This document shows, in pieces, positions 44,801 through 52,173 of a stretch of DNA of 59,127 nt. Each line of letters begins with the position of its first letter. The stretch's first letter is position 1. The notes under the pieces were generated by a model, which was not told the origin of the DNA, did no database searches, and was given only the letters and a program-made list of their open reading frames with translations. Origin of the DNA: Clostridia bacterium (GTDB lineage: Bacteria; Bacillota; Clostridia; CAKSNL01; HGM11501); assembly GCA_045644565.1 (NCBI GenBank), contig JAZRHF010000147.1:1-59127 (forward strand), in the 5' to 3' direction. The translations under genes and the position numbers were made by a program.

Positions 44801-45334
44801 TTCATAAAGTTCAATGGAATCTTTTCCGTCTGTTTCAGTTAAAAACACCCTCACCACTTCGGATTTTGAAGTAGGAATGTTTTTTCCCACGAAATCGGGA
44901 CGAATGGGAAGCTCTCTGTGACCTCTGTCAACCAGAGCCGCAAGCTTTATTTTTGAAGGCCTGCCCATTTTAAGAAGCGCAGAAAGTGCAGCACGAACCG
45001 TTCTTCCCGTACATATAACATCGTCCGTCAGAATAACTTCTCTACCCTCTGTATCAAAATCAATCAGAGTTTCGGAAACTATAGGTTCTTCTCCTCTGTT
45101 TTCCTTGATGTCGTCACGATATAACGTTATATCAAGAATCCCTACCGGAACTTTTATGTTTTCAATTTTCAATATTGCCTCGCTGAGCCTCTCTGCAAAG
45201 GGAACCCCTCTGGTTTTAATTCCCACAAGGCAAAGCTTTTCCGGATTATCCGTATTTTCGAGTATTTCGTGAGTAATTCTCTTAATACTGCGGTTTAATG
45301 TTTCCGCATCATATAAAACAGATTTAAGTTTCAT
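44795..45334 (-). CDS. pyrR: Bifunctional pyrimidine operon regulator / uracil phosphoribosyltransferase PyrR
   Basis: LVGIKTRGVPFAERL, DITLYRDD, LTDDVICTGRTVRAA and VDRGHRELPIRPDFVGKNIPTSKSE closely parallel B. subtilis PyrR. Confidence 0.9.
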   Translation of the reverse strand: MKLKSVLYDAETLNRSIKRITHEILENTDNPEKLCLVGIKTRGVPFAERLSEAILKIENIKVPVGILDITLYRDDIKENRGEEPIVSETLIDFDTEGREVILTDDVICTGRTVRAALSALLKMGRPSKIKLAALVDRGHRELPIRPDFVGKNIPTSKSEVVRVFLTETDGKDSIELYEK

Positions 45335-45336
45335 AT

Positions 45337-45369
45337 CAAAAATCTAAAAGGGACTCCTTTCGGAGTCCC
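45337..45369 (-). terminator. Intrinsic terminator hairpin between pyrP and pyrR
   Basis: On the minus strand: GGGACUCC-GAAA-GGAGUCCC followed by UUUUAGAUUUUU, ending a few nt before the pyrR AUG. Confidence 0.6.
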
Positions 45370-45380
45370 TTAAATTCTCC

Positions 45381-46793
45381 TTATTCCTGTTCTTTTGCGT
45401 TTTTAAGCATAAGGTTTGCAAGGATACCCAAAATAAGAGCTGTTGCAATATTTGTGAGTGTTACTGCACCGAAGTTAATGGCAAGACCGCCAATACCTGC
45501 GATTAAGATTACGCTTACTACGAAAAGGTTCTTGTTCTGTTCCAGGTCAACCTTCTGAATCATCTTAAGACCGGATACTGCGATGAATCCGTAAAGAGCG
45601 ATACATACACCACCCATTACGCAGGGAGGAATAGAATCAACGATAACAACGAAGGGCTTGATGAATGCGATAACCATAGAAAGGATTGCAGCTGTTACGA
45701 TTGTAACAACAGATGCATTCTTTGTGATAGCTACGCAACCAACGGATTCACCGTAAGTTGTGTTGGGGCATCCGCCGAAGAAAGCACCAACCATGGAGCC
45801 AACACCGTCACCAAGTAATGTTCTGTGTAAGCCGGGATCTTCCAAAAGATCTTCTTCGATGATGGAGCTTAAGTTCTTGTGGTCTGCAATATGTTCTGCA
45901 AATACAACGAATGCAACAGGAACATATGCAACAGCAACTGCTGCTATGTAACCGCCGGAAAGCTCACCGAAAGCACCGAAAGCTGTAAGGAATGAGAAAG
46001 AAGGAATTGCAAAAATTCCGCCGGAAATAAGCTCAGAGAAATATTCAAGTCTGATAATCTGAAGTGCTTCAATTTCTGCTGCCACGCCGATTAATGTCAT
46101 AACCAAAGCTGTGAAATAACCTGCAAGGATACCGAAAATGAAGGGGATAAGTCTTGCCATCTTCTTGCCGTAAACGGAGCAAACCATTGTTACAGCCAAT
46201 GTTACGAGACCTACAAAAATACATGCATAGGGAGATGCAACGGATTCTGTTGTAATTTCTCCGCCAAGACCCCACTTAAGGGTTTCGGGGTTGAGAACTG
46301 CAACACACTTAGAAACGTTTCTAGTAACTTCACCTGCCTGTAAGTCTCCTATTGCGTTACCTGCAAGAGATAAACCGATGATGGAAACTGTGGGGCCTAT
46401 AACAGCTGTGGGCATAAGTACGTTTATCCACTTAACGCCTGCAAACTTAACTATTACAGCAATTACAACATAAACCAAACCTGCCATAATGGCACCAATG
46501 ATGATACCGAGATAGCCAAGAGCTGTTGAAGCTGCACCTGCAAATGCTGCAAACATAGAACCTATGAATGCAAAGGAGCTGCCTAAGAATACAGGGCTCT
46601 TAAACTTTGTGAACAATGCATAAACTATTGTTCCTATACCCGCACCGAAAAGTGCTGCAGCGGGCTGCATTCCGTTTCCGATAATAATCGGAACAACCAA
46701 TGTTGCCGCCATAATTGCCAGAAGCTGCTGAATAGCAAAAATAATCATCTGACCGAAGGCGGGCTTGTCTTTTACGCCGTAAATCATTTTCAT
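45381..46793 (-). CDS. pyrP: Uracil permease (NCS2 family)
   Basis: Polytopic NCS2 pattern (FGQMIIFAIQQLLAIMAATLVVP ... GESVGCVAITK). Start is MKMIYGV at 46793 with AGGAGG upstream. The gene has a PyrR-type leader and sits beside pyrR. Confidence 0.8.
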   Translation of the reverse strand: MKMIYGVKDKPAFGQMIIFAIQQLLAIMAATLVVPIIIGNGMQPAAALFGAGIGTIVYALFTKFKSPVFLGSSFAFIGSMFAAFAGAASTALGYLGIIIGAIMAGLVYVVIAVIVKFAGVKWINVLMPTAVIGPTVSIIGLSLAGNAIGDLQAGEVTRNVSKCVAVLNPETLKWGLGGEITTESVASPYACIFVGLVTLAVTMVCSVYGKKMARLIPFIFGILAGYFTALVMTLIGVAAEIEALQIIRLEYFSELISGGIFAIPSFSFLTAFGAFGELSGGYIAAVAVAYVPVAFVVFAEHIADHKNLSSIIEEDLLEDPGLHRTLLGDGVGSMVGAFFGGCPNTTYGESVGCVAITKNASVVTIVTAAILSMVIAFIKPFVVIVDSIPPCVMGGVCIALYGFIAVSGLKMIQKVDLEQNKNLFVVSVILIAGIGGLAINFGAVTLTNIATALILGILANLMLKNAKEQE

Positions 46794-46815
46794 TTTTATC
46801 GACCTCCTAAATTTT

Positions 46816-46856
46816 ACAAAAAAACACCTTGCCCATGCAAAAACGGACAAGGTGTT
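46816..46856 (-). terminator. Attenuator terminator in the pyrP leader
   Basis: On the minus strand: AACACCUUGUCC-guuuuugcau-GGGCAAGGUGUU followed by UUUUUUG, immediately upstream of the pyrP RBS. Confidence 0.65.
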
Positions 46857-46871
46857 AAACGCCTGATCAAA

Positions 46872-46902
46872 AACTCTCTTGCCGATGTCTCTGCACCGAG
46901 TT
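46872..46902 (-). promoter_or_regulatory. Candidate PyrR-binding stem-loop (variant)
   Basis: On the minus strand: CUUUAACUCGGUG-CAGAGA-CAUCGGCAAGAGAGUU, giving a lower stem AACU/AGUU, an upper stem CGGUG/CAUCG, a CAGAGA loop and a purine-rich 3' bulge. It resembles, but does not equal, the UCCAGAGAGG consensus. Confidence 0.4.
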
Positions 46903-46924
46903 AAAGATATTTTCTCTACCTTTG

Positions 46925-46953
46925 ATTATATCATCACTCTTTGATTTTGTAAA
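46925..46953 (-). promoter_or_regulatory. Sigma-A promoter of pyrP
   Basis: On the minus strand: TTTACA (46953-46948), a 17-nt spacer, then TATAAT (46930-46925). Confidence 0.5.
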
Positions 46954-46976
46954 GACATTTTTCGGCAAATTTTGTA

Positions 46977-49900
46977 TTATTTTTTTACTCTGTCGATAAT
47001 CTTTCCGAGTCTCGCAAGAATGGTTGCAGCCTCGGCTCTTTTTATATTGCTTCCGGGATTAAAGGTTCCTGCCGCATCATTACCTGCAAGGATACCCGCA
47101 TCGTAAAGAGCATAGATTTCAACGCCGTAGATTCCCGCTTTATCGACATCGGGAATAATCCATGAATTTATTGCTTCAAGACTTTCGGGAGTTACGCTGT
47201 GGAAGAAAATATATGCCATTTCCGCTCTTGTGGCAACTCTTCCGTAATCGTTAAAGTCTCCCTCTTTCATGATACCGTTAGAAATTGCATAGCTTACATA
47301 TACATCATACCAGTTAGCACCGGATGCAACAAAGTCCGAATCCTTTCCGCCCTTTCCCTGATTATGAACTCTTGCAGCCATTGTAACAGCTTCTGCCAAA
47401 GTCATATTTCCTTCGGGATTGAAGGTTGTGTCACCGGAGCCCTTCATAAGACCTGCCGCACAAACCTTATATACGATGTCCTTATACCAGCTGTCCTCTG
47501 GAACGTCGGTAAACTTCTTTTCGGGAATTGTTTCAACAACATTTTCAGGCTCAACAGGCTTTTCAATTACCTGAATCTTAATATAACCCGTGAAAGAATC
47601 TCCGTCGTTACTCATTCCCGTGTAGGAAATGGAAGCGGTTCCCTTAAAGCCTGCTGTAGGAATAAATGTTATGTCGGAAATATTGGGCATCTTATCGGAA
47701 TAGAATGTCTGACCTGCTGAAAGCAATGTCTGATTTTCTTTTCCGTAGTTTAAGTAAAGAGATCCTGCACCGCCGGAAACTAAGCCGAGACGAACATAAG
47801 CACAAGCCGAATCAACAGCCACTATACTTGCAGTGTTAAAATCATTTACATTAAATTTCACACCTGCATCTGTAACGTCCTTATAGATAATTGCGGTATC
47901 TTCATCACCTGTTGAGGATGATCCCGAATAGGTTATTTTAATCACACCGGGATATGCCGTGTTGCTGCTGCTCTTATATGCGCTATAGTTGATAGTAACA
48001 GTTCCGGAATAACCCTTCTTCGGAACAAAGCTTACATTCTTTATAAGGTCATTGGAGGAACCGGAATAATAATACTTATCACTTGCGGAAACTGCTTCCT
48101 CATCGTCTCCGTCGTAGTCATAGTAAAGCTTTCCCGAAGATGACGAAGGAAGTGTAAATTTAATATAACTCAAGGCATACCCTGTTGCCGCTTTGAAAGC
48201 AGAGTTAATGTTTGATGCATTCATATCAACAGCCTGGTCACTTGACGCCTTCACATTGATAGTTTTAATTCCGTCATCTTCATCTTCATCATCGTCGCCG
48301 TCTGCATCCTTTACCTTGATTGTAATTTTACCTTCGATGTACTTGCTGGAGGTGTAATATCCCTTATAGGTAAGGCTCACTGTGCCCGAATAGCTTGACT
48401 TGGGAATAAAGGCGATGTCTGAAATATCAGGATCGTCGTCATAGTAGAACTCGTCACCCTTGGCAATTTTTTCTTCATCTGCTCCGTCATAGTCGTAGTA
48501 AAGTGCACCGGCACTTGAGGAAGGAACTGTTTTGAATTCAAGACCTATAAAGTCCTCTCCCGCATCGTCAAATACATCGTAAAAATCATCGCCGTCAAAG
48601 TAGAGCTCATCGTCGTTGGATACGGTGTAGCTTACGGTATCAACATCATAATCTTCATCGTCTTCATCTTCGTCGTCATCGCCGTCTGCATCCTTTACCT
48701 TGATTGTAATTTTACCTTCGATGTACTTGCTGGAAGTGTAATATCCCTTATATGTAAGGCTTACTGTTCCCGAATAGCTTGACTTGGGAATAAAGGCGAT
48801 GTCTGAAATGTCAGGATCGTCGTCATAGTAGAACTCGTCACCCTTGGCAATTTTTTCTTCATCTGCTCCGTCATAGTCGTAGTAGAGTGCTCCCTGACTT
48901 GATGTGGGAACTGTTTTGAATTCAAGACCTATAAAGTCCTCTCCCGCATCGTCAAATACATCATAGAAATCTTCGCCGTCAAAGTAGAGTTCATCGTCGT
49001 TGTAAACGGTGTAGCTTACGGTATCAACATCGTAATCTTCATCGTCTTCATCGTCGTCGGCATCGGAAACCTTTATTTTAACAGTTCCCGAAAATTCCTT
49101 GTCGCTTATATTATAACCTGTATATTTGATGGTTACTGTTCCCGAATAACTTGACTTGGGAACAAAAGTAATGTCATCAAGATCCGGATCATCGTCATAG
49201 TAAATCTTTGTGGATTTGGTGATTTTTTCTTCATCTGTTCCGTCATAGTCATAGTAGAGAACACCGGCGGAGGATGAAGGAAGTGTGAATTTTACATAAT
49301 CAAGATTTTTTCCTGTAGCAGTTTTACATACAGAATTAAATTTGCTTCCGGAAAAAGAAACTTCGTCATCATTGTAAACGCTTAAGCTTATTGCACTTGC
49401 GGATTTTGCTTCGTCCTCAACGATGATTTTAATTTCTCCCTCAATTTCGGGATCTCCGGACTCTGTTCCGCAAAGAACTATGGCAATGGTTAATTCACAT
49501 TCTTTTTTTGCAACAAAAGAAATATCATCAATGTATGTTTTCTTAATAGCTTCTTTTGCCACTATCTTTTCCTGATCGTTGCCCTTATAGTCATAGTAAA
49601 GTGTGCCGTAAGTAGACGAAGGAAGCTTTGTAATTTCAAAGTGTCTGAAATTTTTTCCTGTTGCGTTTTTATATGCATTCACAAAGTCAGAATCGGAGAA
49701 ATCAATTTCTTCACCAACTTCGCCTTCGTATGTAATAGCATCCGCTTCATCGGAGCCTTCGTCCTCCGGCTCATCGGCGGGCTCATCAGTTGTATTGTCA
49801 CCTGCTGTATTGTCGCCTGTTGTGTCGTCACCTGTGGTGTCATCACCCGTAGTATCGTCACCTGTGGTGTCGTCGCCTGTTGTGTCATCACCTGTGGTGT

Positions 49901-50138
49901 CGTCGCCTGTGGTGTCATCACCCGTAGTATCGTCACCTGTGGTATCATCGCCTGTTGTGTCGTCACCTGTGGTGTCGTCGCCTGCGGTATCGTCGCCCGC
50001 AGTCTCACCTGATCCTGATTCTTCAACAGGATTAGCCTCTTCAGCCATTACCGCAGAAGACAACCCCGCAGTAAAAAGCATGGAAAGTACCAATAAAAAC
50101 GCCAATAATTTAAGCACTGTATTCTTCATTTGCTTCAT
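46977..50138 (-). CDS. Large hyper-acidic secreted protein: signal peptide - (TGDDT)n - six ~125-aa YYDYDG-type repeat domains - three C-terminal SLH domains
   Basis: Signal peptide LLAFLLVLSMLFTAGLSSAVMA, the repeats described under the repeat features, and C-terminal SLH motifs (FTDVPEDSWY..., ...TFNPEGNMTLAEAVTMAARV, ...GTFNPGSNIKRAEAATILARL). The start may instead be the second ATG at 50129 (AAAGGA 7 nt upstream). Confidence 0.8.
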   Translation of the reverse strand: MKQMKNTVLKLLAFLLVLSMLFTAGLSSAVMAEEANPVEESGSGETAGDDTAGDDTTGDDTTGDDTTGDDTTGDDTTGDDTTGDDTTGDDTTGDDTTGDDTTGDDTTGDNTAGDNTTDEPADEPEDEGSDEADAITYEGEVGEEIDFSDSDFVNAYKNATGKNFRHFEITKLPSSTYGTLYYDYKGNDQEKIVAKEAIKKTYIDDISFVAKKECELTIAIVLCGTESGDPEIEGEIKIIVEDEAKSASAISLSVYNDDEVSFSGSKFNSVCKTATGKNLDYVKFTLPSSSAGVLYYDYDGTDEEKITKSTKIYYDDDPDLDDITFVPKSSYSGTVTIKYTGYNISDKEFSGTVKIKVSDADDDEDDEDYDVDTVSYTVYNDDELYFDGEDFYDVFDDAGEDFIGLEFKTVPTSSQGALYYDYDGADEEKIAKGDEFYYDDDPDISDIAFIPKSSYSGTVSLTYKGYYTSSKYIEGKITIKVKDADGDDDEDEDDEDYDVDTVSYTVSNDDELYFDGDDFYDVFDDAGEDFIGLEFKTVPSSSAGALYYDYDGADEEKIAKGDEFYYDDDPDISDIAFIPKSSYSGTVSLTYKGYYTSSKYIEGKITIKVKDADGDDDEDEDDGIKTINVKASSDQAVDMNASNINSAFKAATGYALSYIKFTLPSSSSGKLYYDYDGDDEEAVSASDKYYYSGSSNDLIKNVSFVPKKGYSGTVTINYSAYKSSSNTAYPGVIKITYSGSSSTGDEDTAIIYKDVTDAGVKFNVNDFNTASIVAVDSACAYVRLGLVSGGAGSLYLNYGKENQTLLSAGQTFYSDKMPNISDITFIPTAGFKGTASISYTGMSNDGDSFTGYIKIQVIEKPVEPENVVETIPEKKFTDVPEDSWYKDIVYKVCAAGLMKGSGDTTFNPEGNMTLAEAVTMAARVHNQGKGGKDSDFVASGANWYDVYVSYAISNGIMKEGDFNDYGRVATRAEMAYIFFHSVTPESLEAINSWIIPDVDKAGIYGVEIYALYDAGILAGNDAAGTFNPGSNIKRAEAATILARLGKIIDRVKK
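48297..49064 (-). repeat. Two near-identical tandem 384-bp units (128 aa each) inside the SLH protein gene
   Basis: gccgtctgcatcctttaccttgattgtaattttaccttcgatgtacttgctgga starts both units (48297 and 48681). The units are collinear throughout with scattered substitutions, well above 90 percent identity by eye. Confidence 0.85.
49786..49995 (-). repeat. 15-bp coding minisatellite (~14 units) encoding (T/A)GDDT, with a 75-bp higher-order period
   Basis: Units of the type cctgtggtgtcgtcg / cctgttgtgtcatca / cccgtagtatcgtca. The block at 49831-49868 recurs at 49906-49943. Confidence 0.85.
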
Positions 50139-50144
50139 CCTTTC

Positions 50145-50888
50145 TTATACTGTTAATTCAAGCTCTGTGCCAAGTAACTCTTTTTTATAATTAATATAAG
50201 CCTTTCCGTATTTGGAAAACTTAGTTCTTCTGATTTCGTTGTCGCTCAAAATTTTAACAAGCCAAAGCGGGTATCCTCCCACCGCCTTAATTTCCATAAG
50301 ACGCATATCCGGTCCGATTAATGCTTCTCCATAGTCACCTTTCAGTAAATCCAGGTCATACATTCTCGTTCTTATGTCCTTATCGAAGGAAATTCTCAGG
50401 CTTTTATCCTCTGTCGAGAAAAAGGCAAGACGGTCATATGCCACCACGCAGGACGGTTTTATATCCGGATTTTCATTTAAGAAAGCGCACAATTCCTTAA
50501 TTACCTGCCCATTCATGCCTTCCTTAATTTCAGGCATTGTTCTTTTTTCAAGGAAGTCCATTGCATCCTTGTACAAAAATCCCGAACGGCGTTTATACAC
50601 CGTACCTTTAAACTTTTTCTTTATTTCAAGATAAACCTTCGTTTCTTCATCAGGCACCCCGTAGGAGCGAAGACGAAGCTTTTCCTTATATACGGGACTT
50701 GATAACGAGTGTCTTATAAATCTCTTGTCATCCGTGTCAAAATACAGACTGCAAAGCGTGTAATATTCCCCGTTCTTATTATAAGGATCCATATCCATAT
50801 ATTCCTTTATGCCGGAAAGCACTTTTTCAAATCCTTCCGCATCAAGAAGAAACTTTTTTTCAACTCGCTTAAAAACTTCTTTTGCCAT
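50145..50888 (-). CDS. VTC-domain (CYTH-like, polyphosphate-polymerase-type) protein
   Basis: FKRVEKKFLL...YYTLCSLYFDTDD..F...YKEKLRLRSYG pattern of bacterial VTC-domain proteins. Start is MAKEVF at 50888 with AAGGAGGGA upstream. Confidence 0.6.
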   Translation of the reverse strand: MAKEVFKRVEKKFLLDAEGFEKVLSGIKEYMDMDPYNKNGEYYTLCSLYFDTDDKRFIRHSLSSPVYKEKLRLRSYGVPDEETKVYLEIKKKFKGTVYKRRSGFLYKDAMDFLEKRTMPEIKEGMNGQVIKELCAFLNENPDIKPSCVVAYDRLAFFSTEDKSLRISFDKDIRTRMYDLDLLKGDYGEALIGPDMRLMEIKAVGGYPLWLVKILSDNEIRRTKFSKYGKAYINYKKELLGTELELTV

Positions 50889-50933
50889 CTTATCCCTCCT
50901 TTTTTCGGATAACAGGATATCTCTACATACTAT

Positions 50934-50962
50934 AATATACATTACCAAAGGTGTAAAGTCAA
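50934..50962 (-). promoter_or_regulatory. Sigma-A promoter upstream of the VTC gene
   Basis: On the minus strand: TTGACT (50962-50957), a 17-nt spacer, then TATATT (50939-50934). Confidence 0.45.
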
Positions 50963-50984
50963 TAAAAAAGACATGAATTTATTA

Positions 50985-51020
50985 TTAAAAAAACTGCGAA
51001 GAATTTCTTCGCAGTTTTCT
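50985..51020. terminator. Bidirectional intrinsic terminator after the lipoprotein gene
   Basis: aaaaaa-ctgcgaag-aatt-cttcgcag-tttt. Confidence 0.7.
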
Positions 51021-51458
51021 TTATTGTATGCCCAGGAATAAATCTTTTATTTCGGTATTGTTTACGGGAATCAACGCATACTCATCATTTACGGCAACCG
51101 AAATGTAAACATCGAACATCTCCATGTACATTTTTGAGGTTTTTGCCATTTCCTTATAAGCATCGCTTTTAACATCAAATTTGAAAATCTCAAAGGTTTC
51201 TCCTGTTTCAAACTGATATTTTCTGCCCTCTTTTGCACCGTCAATTATCCCCTCGGCCTTGGTTTCAACCTCATAAACAACGCCCTTTTCGGTGAGCGCC
51301 TCCTCAAAAAGCGTAAACTTATCGGAAGTTTCCTTCGTTACATAAGTATATGTTACCTTATTACCGTTCTCATCCTTATAGCTCGCCGTTCTTTCGGTGC
51401 ATCCCGCAAAAGATAATGCAATTACCAAAGCAAGCATAATCGCTGATATTCTCTTCAT
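51021..51458 (-). CDS. Small lipoprotein (hypothetical)
   Basis: Signal peptide with lipobox LSFAGC, 145 aa. No family recognised. Confidence 0.55.
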   Translation of the reverse strand: MKRISAIMLALVIALSFAGCTERTASYKDENGNKVTYTYVTKETSDKFTLFEEALTEKGVVYEVETKAEGIIDGAKEGRKYQFETGETFEIFKFDVKSDAYKEMAKTSKMYMEMFDVYISVAVNDEYALIPVNNTEIKDLFLGIQ

Positions 51459-51510
51459 AAAATCACCCTTTCATATGGCTAATAATAGCACGGCTTTATA
51501 TTTCTGTCAA

Positions 51511-51538
51511 GAAAAAAGCTGTGGATTTCCACAGCTTA
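51511..51538 (-). terminator. Intrinsic terminator after the CarD-like gene
   Basis: aagctgtgga-tt-tccacagctt, followed on the minus strand by TTTTTTC. Confidence 0.65.
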
Positions 51539-52039
51539 AATATCTTTAACTTCGCATTGTCCGATTATGAACGGAATTATTTCATCTCGTTCAATTTCAA
51601 ACACGTTTTTAAATTCTCCGTATAAAAGCTTTTCAACCTCGGAAAGGAAATATTCATCAACCTTATGAAGCCTCTTCCCCTCTTCTGAAAGCTTCTCCTT
51701 ATGTAGGATACAACACTTAACCAAAGCCACTATCTTTTCTCTGTCCGCACAGTTTACAGCTCCGTTATAAATGTCTCTTCTTACTCTGTCATTATCTTCC
51801 CATACATCAGAAGCGGTTTCGTTTATTATTTTTCTGATTTCTTTTCCGGAAATAATTTTTCTTATCTTCGCTTCTGCCGCCTTACCCTCCATGGGAACAT
51901 AAAAAACAGAATTTCCCGAACTTTCCGGGGTAAGAACATAATATTTAATAACCCTATCTGCGATTTTTTTGTCTTCGATGCTTGTAATTCTGCAAATTCC
52001 TTCGCCGCCGTAAAGCACCATATCTCCTATATTGTACAT
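51536..52039 (-). CDS. CarD/CdnL-family RNA-polymerase-binding regulator
   Basis: N-terminal Tudor-like YNIGDMVLYGGEGICRITSIEDKKI...KYYVL pattern, 167 aa. Confidence 0.65.
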   Translation of the reverse strand: MYNIGDMVLYGGEGICRITSIEDKKIADRVIKYYVLTPESSGNSVFYVPMEGKAAEAKIRKIISGKEIRKIINETASDVWEDNDRVRRDIYNGAVNCADREKIVALVKCCILHKEKLSEEGKRLHKVDEYFLSEVEKLLYGEFKNVFEIERDEIIPFIIGQCEVKDI

Positions 52040-52173
52040 AAACTTCCTCCGGGTATATCATTCCGTTAAACTATATAATGCTACTTTATTATAATACCAC
52101 AATAAGGCAAATTCTTCAAGGGACATTTTGACGAAAAAAGGCACTTGCTCACATAAAAAACCGCAAATAATAC

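Noticed and set aside
49786-49995. Regularly spaced short repeats that could be mistaken for a CRISPR array.
   Set aside because: The units are contiguous 15-mers with no spacers, lie in frame within a long CDS, and no cas genes are present.
49641-50190. Three overlapping ORFs (123, 115 and 131 aa) with striking repeats such as SPVVS or VTCG.
   Set aside because: They are alternative-frame or antisense readings of the 15-bp minisatellite inside the SLH protein gene. Only the frame giving signal peptide-(TGDDT)n-domains-SLH is coherent.
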